A stretch of 64,000 nucleotides of DNA from a virus (Duplodnaviria; Caudoviricetes), in IMG/VR virus record IMGVR_UViG_3300044738_000005, positions 1 to 64,000 of that record. The stretch is one strand, 5' to 3'. The notes beneath the pieces were generated by a model. It was not told the origin of the DNA. It was given only the letters and a program-made list of their open reading frames with translations, and made no database searches. The position numbers were made by a program, and so were the translations under genes. This document shows, in pieces, positions 1 through 7,474 of this stretch (the stretch's first letter is position 1; each line of letters starts with the position of its first letter).

Positions 1-127
1 TCGCCGCAGGGCTCGCCGCAGGGCTCGCCGCAGGGCTCGCCGCAGGGCTCGCCGCAGGGCTCGCCGCAGGGCTCGCCGCAGGGCTCGCCGCAGGGCTCGC
101 CGCAGGGCTCGCCGCAGGGCTCGCCGC
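1..127. repeat. Tandem repeat, 12-bp unit TCGCCGCAGGGC x10 plus a partial copy; may extend beyond the window start
   Basis: Exact 12-bp periodicity over 1-120. Confidence 0.98.
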
Positions 128-135
128 CGGACGGT

Positions 136-248
136 CAGGAGCGGGGCCGCAGGAGCCCGCAGGAGCCCGCAGGAGCCCCGTAGGAGCCCGGCCCGCCATC
201 GGCCCGGGGCTCGGGCAGGAGCGGGGCCGCAGGAGCCCGCAGGAGCCC
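136..248. repeat. 33-bp direct repeat (136-168, 216-248) built from GCAGGAGCCC 10-mers
   Basis: CAGGAGCGGGGCCGCAGGAGCCCGCAGGAGCCC occurs twice. Confidence 0.9.
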
Positions 249-508
249 CGCAGGGCCGTCGCCATGGGAGGGGCCGCGTCAGTCAAGGATGACCCCCGCC
301 GACTGCAGTCGCCAGTAGCGCACGGCCCGCATGGCGGCCGGGACCATGGCGGCCATGATCAGGTTCCGCTGAAGGCGGAACAGCCGGGCCGCCGCAGGGT
401 CGGCGCACGGCCCCGGCCGGGCCGCCGCCGAATCGGCCCGTAGGAGCCCCTGCGGGGCCGCGTGACGGCCGCCGCAGGGCTCGGGCATGAGAGGGGCCGG
501 GGTCACGG

Positions 509-676
509 TCAGACCCCACCGAGCGCGTGGAGCGCGATCAGGGCCGGGAGGGTCGAATGGATCACGGCCGCGATGCCGATGATCACGCGCCGGTCGCGCT
601 TGGTCAGGTAGGGGTCGGCCGGGGCCGGTCGGCCGCGTTCGGGGTCGGGGGTCATGGCGGGGGTCTCCTTGGTCAT
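509..676 (-). CDS. Small hypothetical protein with a C-terminal hydrophobic segment (alternative starts 697, 655)
   Basis: AGGAG RBS cassette before ATG 676; VIIGIAAVIHSTLPALIAL segment. Confidence 0.6.
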   Translation of the reverse strand: MTKETPAMTPDPERGRPAPADPYLTKRDRRVIIGIAAVIHSTLPALIALHALGGV

Positions 677-690
677 GGTCTCGGTCTCCT
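671..690 (-). promoter_or_regulatory. Start-associated sequence AGGAGACCGAGACCATGACC, copy 1
   Basis: Identical 20-mer at 671, 1382 and 1677, each containing RBS and ATG. Confidence 0.85.
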
Positions 691-706
691 TGGTCATGGT
701 CTCGCG

Positions 707-1387
707 CTACTCGCCGGTACCGCGCATGGCGCACCAAATGACCGCTTGGCACTCGGCGGGGGTCTCGCCGTACTCGGCCGCGACTCGCCGCGTGGCCTCG
801 GTGACGGCCGCGTGAGTCTCCTTGGTCAGCTTGACCGCGATCCGCCATGGGGCCGAGCGATTGTCGCGCGTGCGGCCGACCCCGCGCGGGAAGGTCTCGG
901 GCCGGTCAGGGTCCATGGCGGCCGTCTTGAACGCGGCGGCAAGGTGCCACCGGTCGCATGTCACGCGCTCCATGTCGCCGAGCAGGTTGGCGGCGAAGTC
1001 GGCCCGCTTGAGCCACGACTGACCGGCCGCCGCCGACATGACCGCGTAATCCGTGGGGTCCGCGTCGCGCAAGTCGATGGCCTCGCACTCGGCGAGCACC
1101 TTGCCCATTCCGGCCCCGTACCCCTGTAGGTACTTGAGCCCCATGGTCAGGTTGGCGGCCCATGTCGAATTCTGCGAGAACGCGGCAAAGACGCCGATGG
1201 CTTGGCGGTCTGAGACTCCGCCATAGTCGCCGGTCACGTCCGCCGCGTCATCGCGGAACGTGAGAAGGAGTCGGCGGTTCGCGGGGTACCAAGCGCGGCC
1301 CTCGGTCACGTTCTCGGCAGTCGCGCGGCGGCGGACGGCCCGCAGATTGCGGGCGATCTCGGTCACGGTCAGGGTGCGGCGGGTCAT
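707..1387 (-). CDS. Phage protein, possibly HhH-GPD/DNA glycosylase-like (226 aa)
   Basis: WY..., SQNSTWAAN, VTCDRWH and QAVIW motifs resemble a widespread phage family of unknown function; start set by the RBS cassette. Confidence 0.5.
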   Translation of the reverse strand: MTRRTLTVTEIARNLRAVRRRATAENVTEGRAWYPANRRLLLTFRDDAADVTGDYGGVSDRQAIGVFAAFSQNSTWAANLTMGLKYLQGYGAGMGKVLAECEAIDLRDADPTDYAVMSAAAGQSWLKRADFAANLLGDMERVTCDRWHLAAAFKTAAMDPDRPETFPRGVGRTRDNRSAPWRIAVKLTKETHAAVTEATRRVAAEYGETPAECQAVIWCAMRGTGE

Positions 1388-1401
1388 GGTCTCGGTCTCC
1401 T
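1382..1401 (-). promoter_or_regulatory. Start-associated sequence, copy 2
   Basis: Identical 20-mer. Confidence 0.85.
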
Positions 1402-1427
1402 TGTGGTGGGTCATGGTCATTGGTCGG

Positions 1428-1682
1428 TTACTCGGCGAGCAGGGCCGCACGCGCGGCGCGTGAGCCCCCGTACGTGCGCATGGCGACGGCCGCCATGCGC
1501 GAGCCCTGCAGGATGGCGGGGCCGTCCGCGTCCAGCGGGCTCGCGCCGATCATGGCGGCGAGCACGTAGAAGGAGCGAATCGGCAGCATGGCGGCCCGCT
1601 CGCGCATGATCTCGGCGGGCTCGGGCTCACGCGCGCCGAGATCGGCGAGCGCGTGCATGGCGAGAATGTCAACGGTGGTCAT
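1428..1682 (-). CDS. Hypothetical protein (84 aa)
   Basis: ORF starts inside the RBS cassette. Confidence 0.75.
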   Translation of the reverse strand: MTTVDILAMHALADLGAREPEPAEIMRERAAMLPIRSFYVLAAMIGASPLDADGPAILQGSRMAAVAMRTYGGSRAARAALLAE

Positions 1683-1696
1683 GGTCTCGGTCTCCT
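1677..1696 (-). promoter_or_regulatory. Start-associated sequence, copy 3
   Basis: Identical 20-mer. Confidence 0.85.
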
Positions 1697-1709
1697 AGTC
1701 GGCCGGGCT

Positions 1710-2000
1710 CTAGCGGGCCGGGGCCGTGCGGCGAAGGGTCAGGGTGTAGAGCCCACCGTGATGCTCGGTGCGCTGATCGGCGATCACGTAGGGGTCGGGG
1801 TCGCCGGTGTACGTGGGGCCGGTGCACAGCGCGTCGAGATCGTCCGCCGCGCGGCGCATGCGCTCCGCGACGGCCCGCAGGTTGCGAGCGGTCTGCTCGG
1901 GATCGTGCATGGCGATGTACGGGGTCGTAGGCCACGAAACGTGCAGGGCCTCGGTCTTGGCGAGTGCGGGGCCGGAAGTGCGATGGGCGATGGCGGTCAT
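1710..2000 (-). CDS. Hypothetical protein (96 aa, MTAIAHRT...)
   Basis: AAGGAG RBS before ATG 2000. Confidence 0.7.
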   Translation of the reverse strand: MTAIAHRTSGPALAKTEALHVSWPTTPYIAMHDPEQTARNLRAVAERMRRAADDLDALCTGPTYTGDPDPYVIADQRTEHHGGLYTLTLRRTAPAR

Positions 2001-2199
2001 GCGGTCTGCTCCTTGGGTCTCGGTGGGGGCTCCTTGGCGGCCCCGCACACACACATACGACCCCCGACCCCCGGAACTTGCGCGGCCGGTCAGCCATCGG
2101 ACGCACCCATGTCCGCATGCTGACATCGGCCCCGTGCGGCCGGGGCTCGGCGGCGGCCCCGATCAGTGGTACGGAACCCATTGGTATGGCTGCCCTACC

Positions 2200-2217
2200 T
2201 TGGCTCTATAGAGCCAA
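2200..2217. repeat. Perfect 18-bp palindrome TTGGCTCTATAGAGCCAA
   Basis: Self reverse-complementary; shares the CTATAGAG core with the 121-bp element. Confidence 0.95.
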
Positions 2218-2477
2218 ATATGGGACATGTCGCGTGAGAGGCCCTTCTAAGGCCCTGTGCGGGCTCGGACCCCTCTATTGACCCTGCCATCAGCGGTACC
2301 CCCGCAATGGGCGCGAGAGGGACTTTTGGCTCTGCAGAGCGGCTGAGAGGCTGACATTCGAGGCTCGCCGCGTCAGTAACGCGAAAGTCAAGGTCTGAAT
2401 GCTGACATTGGTGTGCGGGGCAGGCCTTCCGAGATCGGCCGTGGGAAGGGTCGCCACCCCCACACACCCCCGGTCCA

Positions 2478-2497
2478 TGACAACCGGCCGGTTGTCA
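2478..2497. repeat. Perfect 20-bp palindrome TGACAACCGGCCGGTTGTCA
   Basis: Self reverse-complementary. Confidence 0.95.
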
Positions 2498-2540
2498 CGT
2501 CCACGCACCTGCAGGTTCGTGACCCTCTAGTCCCGCTTCA

Positions 2541-2556
2541 GGGTCCCTAGGGACCC
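2541..2556. repeat. Perfect 16-bp palindrome GGGTCCCTAGGGACCC
   Basis: Self reverse-complementary. Confidence 0.95.
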
Positions 2557-2807
2557 CATGAGCGCGGCCCGGGCTCGCGGTCATGGGGACCATGGGGTCC
2601 CTCGGGCCGCCGAGCAGGGCCGGAAATCGGCGTCCGGCACTTGCCGGCAGTCTTAGTTACGCGCTGGTGGTGCCACACCTGGGGAGGCAACTAGAAAGTG
2701 GTACGAAGCCCTCCCCTGAAGAGCGCGCGGGAAGGCCTCTGAGGGCCTCAATCCCGGGGAGGGGGTCCGGCCTAACGTTCGAGTCGAGGGTTCGGGTGTC
2801 GAGCGGA

Positions 2808-2816
2808 TGCTAGACT
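2808..2816 (+). promoter_or_regulatory. Extended -10 promoter TGC-TAGACT, leaderless
   Basis: TANNNT 7 nt before ATG 2824. Confidence 0.7.
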
Positions 2817-2823
2817 GGACTGC

Positions 2824-3102
2824 ATGAACGACGGCGGCGGAACCCCTCAGAGCCTCAACGAAGTAGTGACGATGGCCTACATGGAGCCCGCCCATCTGTC
2901 CGTCCTGCTGCCGATCCTCCACGAGGGCGACCCGGCGGTCTACCACTGGTCCGCACCCGAGGGCCAGAACGCGATGTGGTCCCGCTCGGGCAACCAGATG
3001 GAGCGCGGCCGCTTCGCCTGCATCATGGCGATGCGCGCCCGGCAGTCGCTCGAAGAGCTTGCCGTTGCTGATGGCTCCATCGAAGTCGAGCCGTTCGCAT
3101 GA
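2824..3102 (+). CDS. Hypothetical protein
   Basis: Leaderless promoter; ATGA overlap with the next gene. Confidence 0.7.
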   Translation: MNDGGGTPQSLNEVVTMAYMEPAHLSVLLPILHEGDPAVYHWSAPEGQNAMWSRSGNQMERGRFACIMAMRARQSLEELAVADGSIEVEPFA

Positions 3103-3488
3103 CCGAGGACTTCGTGCGTCCGACCGTCAAGGAGGACACCAAGCCCCCGCCGGGCAACGACGCGACGGTGTTCTTCTTCGCCATCTACGAGTGCGGCGGA
3201 GAGGAACCCCAGGGGGCCCCAACTCCCCCGAGCCGCTTCATCCCAGTGGATCGCCCCGCCCCTCGCGTCGATCCCTTCCCTGGGGTCCCTGACGACGAGT
3301 TGAGCGAGAGCCAGTTCGCCGAGCGCATGGACACGATCCGCGAGTGGTTCGCCAGCACGCCTAGGGTTCCTAGGGTGCATGCCGCCGGGGGAAGGGGTCC
3401 CTCGCCGTCCTTGGGTCCCTGCGGGTGCGTCTGCATTGACGAGTGCACCTACCGCGAGGGCTGCCGCCTCCGGCCGCTGGGCTACTGA
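3099..3488 (+). CDS. Hypothetical protein with a Cys-rich C-terminus
   Basis: Coupled ORF; CGCVCIDECTYREGC. Confidence 0.65.
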   Translation: MTEDFVRPTVKEDTKPPPGNDATVFFFAIYECGGEEPQGAPTPPSRFIPVDRPAPRVDPFPGVPDDELSESQFAERMDTIREWFASTPRVPRVHAAGGRGPSPSLGPCGCVCIDECTYREGCRLRPLGY

Positions 3489-3604
3489 TGTGCGTCTACG
3501 CCTTCATCGCGGCCGCCGCCTCGATCCTCGCCCTGGTGTTCGCGCTGCGTGCCTACTACGCGCCGCGCGGGCGGCCTGACGAGCTTCACCTGCCGCGCAT
3601 CTGA
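3488..3604 (+). CDS. 38-aa single-pass membrane peptide
   Basis: TGATG overlap; MCVYAFIAAAASILALVFALRAYY. Confidence 0.55.
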   Translation: MCVYAFIAAAASILALVFALRAYYAPRGRPDELHLPRI

Positions 3605-3636
3605 CGAGGCGAATCGCCAGGTAGCCTAGAAGGTCT

Positions 3637-4917
3637 ATGGCTGCTGGTGATCGCTTCCGTGACGCATACGAGTCCTTCTACGGCTCGCCCTTTCAGGTCA
3701 GGACGATCCTGGCCAAGCTGCTCTCCGGCGAGGACCCCGAGGGCAACCAGTACGTCCCGCCGCTGATCGAGAACCTCAACGCCGAGGGCGTCGTCGGGCC
3801 GACCGGCCCCACGGGTCCTCCCGGTCCCGTTGGCCCAGCCGGGCCAGCAGGCGCGACCGGCCCGCAAGGAGCCCAGGGACCCGCAGGTCCCACCGGGCCG
3901 AAGGGTGACACCGGCAACACTGGACCCGCAGGGCCGACCGGTCCTGCTGGACCGAAGGGCGACACGGGTGACCCCGGCCCCGCAGGCCCGACCGGGCCGA
4001 AGGGCGACAAGGGAGACACCGGCGACGCGGGCGCGACCGGAGCCACTGGCCCCGCTGGCCCGCAGGGCTCCACGGGCGCGACCGGACCAGCCGGACCCGC
4101 CGGGCCGAAGGGCGACACCGGCGATCCAGGGCCGACCGGACCAGCCGGGCCGCAGGGCGAAGCCGGAGCCCAGGGTCCTGCAGGACCCACCGGGCCGAAG
4201 GGCGACACCGGCGATCCGGGGGCTGCCGGAGCAACTGGGCCTGCAGGACCGCAGGGCGATCCCGGCCCGCTGCCGCTGGTCGTCACCTTCGCTGAACTGA
4301 CCAACGCCCTCGCTGCCGAGCACCCGGACGAGCTTGCGTGGGCCTCCGACCGCCAGGGCGGCACGATGTACCAGTCCAACGGGACGAATTGGGTGCAGAT
4401 CGCTCCCGGCGTCTTGGAGACCGGCGGCATGATCACGGGCGGTCCCGTGTCTACTAACTTGAGCACGATCATCGCCGTCAACGGCGATGCGCTAGGCCGC
4501 ACCGCCGGAGTGGACATCGCCAACACGACATTCACGCTGACGCACAACGGCCGGGCGCAGATCATTCACTTCGAGGGGCACGCCCAGCACGCCAATCAGG
4601 CGTCCGGGTTCACGGCAGGGCTACAGTCCATGATCGAGTTGCGGCTCGTGGATGCTTCCGATGCAGCTTCGCCTCCTGCCGCCGTGGCCACAGGATACTC
4701 GAAGTTCATCAACCCGGCTGGCGCGAGCATGCAGCAGATCGCGGTTATCAGCCGTGAGGTTGTGATCCCTGCGCAGTCGCCGGGCACGCAGGTCTCATAC
4801 CGGCTGCGTGCCCACGCCTTTGGCGTGTCTCCGGCAGGCAATCCTCCGGCCGGAACGGTGCAGCAGATCGTTGCAGCCGCCGCCTATCCGGTGCTGGCTT
4901 ACGCGCGGAGCGCGTAA
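3637..4917 (+). CDS. Collagen-like (Gly-X-Y) fibre or virion appendage protein
   Basis: Long uninterrupted G-X-Y tract followed by a beta-rich C-terminal domain. Confidence 0.9.
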   Translation: MAAGDRFRDAYESFYGSPFQVRTILAKLLSGEDPEGNQYVPPLIENLNAEGVVGPTGPTGPPGPVGPAGPAGATGPQGAQGPAGPTGPKGDTGNTGPAGPTGPAGPKGDTGDPGPAGPTGPKGDKGDTGDAGATGATGPAGPQGSTGATGPAGPAGPKGDTGDPGPTGPAGPQGEAGAQGPAGPTGPKGDTGDPGAAGATGPAGPQGDPGPLPLVVTFAELTNALAAEHPDELAWASDRQGGTMYQSNGTNWVQIAPGVLETGGMITGGPVSTNLSTIIAVNGDALGRTAGVDIANTTFTLTHNGRAQIIHFEGHAQHANQASGFTAGLQSMIELRLVDASDAASPPAAVATGYSKFINPAGASMQQIAVISREVVIPAQSPGTQVSYRLRAHAFGVSPAGNPPAGTVQQIVAAAAYPVLAYARSA

Positions 4918-5708
4918 TGCCTCAGGCAGTTGTCAGCACCTTCGACGTGATCAGGTTCGTTCCTGCGCCGGTCGAGTACGCGCAGGTCAACCGCAGCCGC
5001 ACCGCCCGCGCTGGGGCTGGACGCTTGATCGTGGCCCTGCATGGACGCGCTCCTAATGACACCACCAACCAGGCAGGCGCGCTGTCGTGGGGCCAGCATA
5101 CAGCAGGCGCGGGTAGGGTGACGGCGGAGCTTGTCAACCGAGACTATGTGGTGATGGGGATTTCGGCCGGAGGGCCGACAACATACGCCAACCAGCAGGC
5201 CGTGGACGCTGTTCGCTTCGCTATCGACTTCGCTAGGACCAAGGAGTGGTGTCACCCAACTGCGAAGGTTGCTCTGTGGGGGTACTCTATGGGCGGCGGA
5301 CTGGCCGTGAACTTCATGCGCAAGGACCCTAGTGCCTATGCCGATGTCGCGGCTTGCCTACTCAATGCTCCCGCTCTGCCTCTAGCGCATCTGTTCGCGG
5401 ACGCTCGTTACACAGCCGAGATCACAGGCGCGTACCCCGGTTACCCGACAGGCTACTCGACCTGGGACCCTTACGACTACGCCACGTCATTCGCCATCCC
5501 CTACCGGGCGACCATTGCCAACGACGACGTGGCGTTCGACGCTGACCCGGCGATCAGTTCCGGGTACGTCAAGGACTTTCATGCTGCCTCGCCGTCGCCG
5601 GACAAGGCGCTGTCGGTGTTCGAGGTCGGTAACCATACGCAGTTCTGGAACCAGATCGACGCCACCGCGTGGGCCAACTGGCTTGACTCCCTAGACTGGA
5701 ACGACTGA
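4917..5708 (+). CDS. Alpha/beta hydrolase (esterase-like)
   Basis: ALHG, GYSMGG nucleophile elbow, candidate Asp (NDD) and His (GNH). Confidence 0.85.
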   Translation: MPQAVVSTFDVIRFVPAPVEYAQVNRSRTARAGAGRLIVALHGRAPNDTTNQAGALSWGQHTAGAGRVTAELVNRDYVVMGISAGGPTTYANQQAVDAVRFAIDFARTKEWCHPTAKVALWGYSMGGGLAVNFMRKDPSAYADVAACLLNAPALPLAHLFADARYTAEITGAYPGYPTGYSTWDPYDYATSFAIPYRATIANDDVAFDADPAISSGYVKDFHAASPSPDKALSVFEVGNHTQFWNQIDATAWANWLDSLDWND

Positions 5709-5872
5709 TGCCGACCTTCCTGATTCGTGAGCGTGATGACGGGCCTGATCAGCTAGTCGCTGAGATCAACCCGATCCTGGCGGGCGTCGAGGCCATGAAC
5801 TACCCGTTCCCGCTGGCGATCATCGAACGCAGCGAGCCGGACCCGGAATGGGCTGAGTACGACCCCTCTTGA
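5708..5872 (+). CDS. 54-aa acidic hypothetical protein
   Basis: TGATG coupling to the hydrolase. Confidence 0.6.
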   Translation: MPTFLIRERDDGPDQLVAEINPILAGVEAMNYPFPLAIIERSEPDPEWAEYDPS

Positions 5873-5888
5873 ATCTGTCGGGCGGCTG

Positions 5889-5897
5889 TGCTACAGT
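5889..5897 (+). promoter_or_regulatory. Extended -10 promoter TGC-TACAGT of the tRNA operon
   Basis: TGTGCTACAGTT, also found at 8122-8133; 7 nt before ATG 5905. Confidence 0.75.
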
Positions 5898-5904
5898 TCC
5901 CGGC

Positions 5905-5997
5905 ATGAGGTTCTCTGACCGACAGCACTACAAGCGAATCGCGGCCTTGGCCGTCGATAGCGTGCTGCCCGGTCACGGGAATCAGCCGACCGGCTGA
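5905..5997 (+). CDS. 30-aa leaderless leader peptide upstream of the tRNA array
   Basis: ATG at the expected +1; MRFSDRQHYKRIAALAVDSVLPGHGNQPTG. Confidence 0.45.
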   Translation: MRFSDRQHYKRIAALAVDSVLPGHGNQPTG

Positions 5998-6019
5998 CCT
6001 CTCCCAGTAGTTCGACCAC

Positions 6020-6087
6020 GGGGGAGGCACAGAGCGGCGGGACCCTTGCAAGGTCCTTAGCTGAGGGTGCGAGCCCCTCCTTCTCCA
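6020..6087 (+). tRNA. tRNA-Ala(UGC), truncated D-arm
   Basis: G3:U70, A73; anticodon stem GGACC/GGTCC, loop CTTGCAA; only 13 nt in the D region. Confidence 0.8.
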
Positions 6088-6120
6088 CTGGCCTTCGGGC
6101 CTACATAGCAGCAGCAACCT

Positions 6121-6193
6121 AGGCCTCTAGTCATCTGGGGATGGCGTCGCCCTTACAAGGCGAAAGAGCGGAGTTCGATCCTCCGGGGGCCTA
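6121..6193 (+). tRNA. tRNA-Val(UAC)
   Basis: Cloverleaf; loop CTTACAA; TTCGA T-loop. Confidence 0.92.
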
Positions 6194-6266
6194 TGGGCGG
6201 CAGCACAGTCGCTGGCCCGCGTCTGATAAGCGCGGAGGCTGGGTGCAAGTCCCGGCCGCCCTACCA
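6194..6266 (+). tRNA. tRNA-Ile(GAU), shifted D-arm
   Basis: Loop CTGATAA; encoded CCA. Confidence 0.85.
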
Positions 6267-6272
6267 CGTAGC

Positions 6273-6292
6273 GAACCTTGACAACTGCACAG
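6273..6292 (+). promoter_or_regulatory. rrn-type boxA antitermination-like sequence GAACCTTGACAACTGCACAG
   Basis: Resembles the CTTG/CTTTG-AAAACT boxA of bacterial rRNA leaders and spacers; followed by two hairpins. Confidence 0.65.
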
Positions 6293-6356
6293 CGAAGTGA
6301 TCGCTCCGGCCCGACCGGAGTGCCGGTGGCCCGTGCTGAGGGCGCGACCGGCGCAT

Positions 6357-6427
6357 GCCGCGCTGGCGTAGCAGTAACGTACCGCCTTGCCATGGCGGAG
6401 TCCAGGGTGCAACTCCCTGGCGCGGCT
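6357..6427 (+). tRNA. tRNA-Gly(GCC)
   Basis: Cloverleaf; loop TTGCCAT; U73. Confidence 0.92.
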
Positions 6428-6433
6428 CTTCTT

Positions 6434-6505
6434 CGGGACGTAACTCAACAAGCAGAGGCCCGGTTCTTACCCGGTGTGGCGAGGGTGCAAGTCCTTCCGT
6501 CCCGA
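6434..6505 (+). tRNA. tRNA-Lys(CUU)
   Basis: Cloverleaf; loop TTCTTAC. Confidence 0.9.
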
Positions 6506-6511
6506 CTTCTT

Positions 6512-6582
6512 CAGGGTGTGGTGTAAAGGCGGCATCCGAGGCCTGGAACCTCGTGGATCGGGTTCGATTCCTGACTCCCTGA
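6512..6582 (+). tRNA. tRNA-Pro(UGG), C33
   Basis: C1:G72, A73; loop CCTGGAA. Confidence 0.88.
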
Positions 6583-6585
6583 CTT

Positions 6586-6657
6586 GTCTCGCAAGCGTTG
6601 ACAGACGCGCGCCGGGCTTCCAACCCGGAGGACAGGGGGCGGTACCCTGGCGAGACT
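6586..6657 (+). tRNA. tRNA-Gly(UCC)
   Basis: Loop CTTCCAA; U73; atypical T-loop GGCGGTA. Confidence 0.87.
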
Positions 6658-6663
6658 CTTCGC

Positions 6664-6735
6664 GCCTCGAAGGTGTTGACGGCGGCACGCTTCCTTGGTA
6701 TGGAAGAGGGCTGGGCTCGAATCCCGGTCGAGGCT
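6664..6735 (+). tRNA. tRNA-Thr(GGU)
   Basis: Stem CTTCC/GGAAG; loop TTGGTAT. Confidence 0.9.
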
Positions 6736-6748
6736 CTGCAGGACCCAT

Positions 6749-6820
6749 TGCGGGGTCGTACTAACGGCAAGTGACCAGGCCCTGACCCTGGTGATGTAGG
6801 TTCGAGTCCTACCCCCGCAT
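6749..6820 (+). tRNA. tRNA-Gln(CUG), C33
   Basis: U1:A72; loop CCCTGAC. Confidence 0.9.
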
Positions 6821-6826
6821 CTTCGT

Positions 6827-6901
6827 TCCCGGCTGGTGTCAGCGGAAGCACGGGCGGTTGTTACCCGTCAAGGCGAGGTTCGAGCCCTCGGCTGGGAGCC
6901 A
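6827..6901 (+). tRNA. tRNA-Asn(GUU)
   Basis: Loop TTGTTAC; G73; CCA. Confidence 0.93.
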
Positions 6902-6906
6902 CTTCT

Positions 6907-6989
6907 GGAAGGTGAACGGGGGAAGCCCCCGGCCCGGTTGCTAGCCGGTGCGGCGTTTACGCGCTGGGGATCAGGACCTCCGCCTTCCG
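6907..6989 (+). tRNA. tRNA-Ser(GCU), 8/4 acceptor/T branch with 6-bp D-stem
   Basis: GGAAGGTG/CGCCTTCC; T-stem GGGG/CCTC; long V-arm; G73. Confidence 0.87.
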
Positions 6990-6993
6990 CCTT

Positions 6994-7063
6994 GCCCTCG
7001 CTTGCGGATCAAGCGCCAGGTCTACGAAGCCAGGTCGCGGTGGTTCAACTCCACCCGAGGGCT
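6994..7063 (+). tRNA. tRNA-Arg(ACG), shifted D-arm
   Basis: Acceptor GCCCTCG/CGAGGGC; loop CTACGAA. Confidence 0.85.
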
Positions 7064-7066
7064 CTT

Positions 7067-7139
7067 CGGCTCGCTGACGGACACAGCGCCCGGCCCCCGA
7101 AGCCGGGGCGCGAGGGTTCGACTCCCTCCGGGCCGCCCA
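7067..7139 (+). tRNA. tRNA-Arg(CCG), shifted D-arm, C33
   Basis: Stem CCGGC/GCCGG; loop CCCCGAA; CCA. Confidence 0.83.
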
Positions 7140-7154
7140 CTTCAAGTTCTACCT

Positions 7155-7227
7155 GCCCGTGTAGTGTCACTGGTGAGCACGACGGCTTGTCACGCCGTTA
7201 GGGAGGGATCGTAACCCTCCACGGGCG
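7155..7227 (+). tRNA. tRNA-Asp(GUC)
   Basis: Cloverleaf; loop TTGTCAC; G73. Confidence 0.92.
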
Positions 7228-7229
7228 CT

Positions 7230-7306
7230 GGGGTCGATGCCGAAGTCGCCGAGGTCCGGGGTTGTGATCCCCGCTTCAGAGGGTGCGAGTCCCTCCGACC
7301 CTCCCA
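7230..7306 (+). tRNA. tRNA-His(GUG)
   Basis: Loop TTGTGAT; C73; CCA. Confidence 0.9.
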
Positions 7307-7312
7307 CTTCAT

Positions 7313-7387
7313 AGCGGTCTAGCCCAATCTGGCAGAGGCACACGGTTGAGGGCCGTGACAGTGAGGGTTCGATCCCCTCGGCCGCTA
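7313..7387 (+). tRNA. tRNA-Leu(GAG), short variable loop
   Basis: Leu-type D-loop; loop TTGAGGG; 5-nt V loop. Confidence 0.9.
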
Positions 7388-7397
7388 CTTCTGTCAT

Positions 7398-7471
7398 CGC
7401 CGCCTAGCCCAACTGGCAGAGGCACCGGCTTCAAGTCCCGGCAAGTCTGGGTTCGACTCCCAGGGTGGCGA
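7398..7471 (+). tRNA. tRNA-Leu(CAA), short variable loop
   Basis: Loop TTCAAGT; A73. Confidence 0.87.
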
Positions 7472-7474
7472 CTT

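Noticed and set aside
1-127. Repeat array as CRISPR
   Set aside because: The 12-bp units abut with no unique spacers, and no cas genes are present.
2200-2217. Protelomerase (hairpin telomere) target site
   Set aside because: The palindrome is short and no TelN-like or tyrosine recombinase gene is present in the window.
279-2700. Long R/G/P-rich ORFs in the supplied track (e.g. 279..848, 527..1129, 1669..2181)
   Set aside because: Shadow frames of GC-rich DNA, with no RBS and overlapping better-supported genes or repeats. The same applies to the long antisense ORFs over portal, capsid, TMP and polA.
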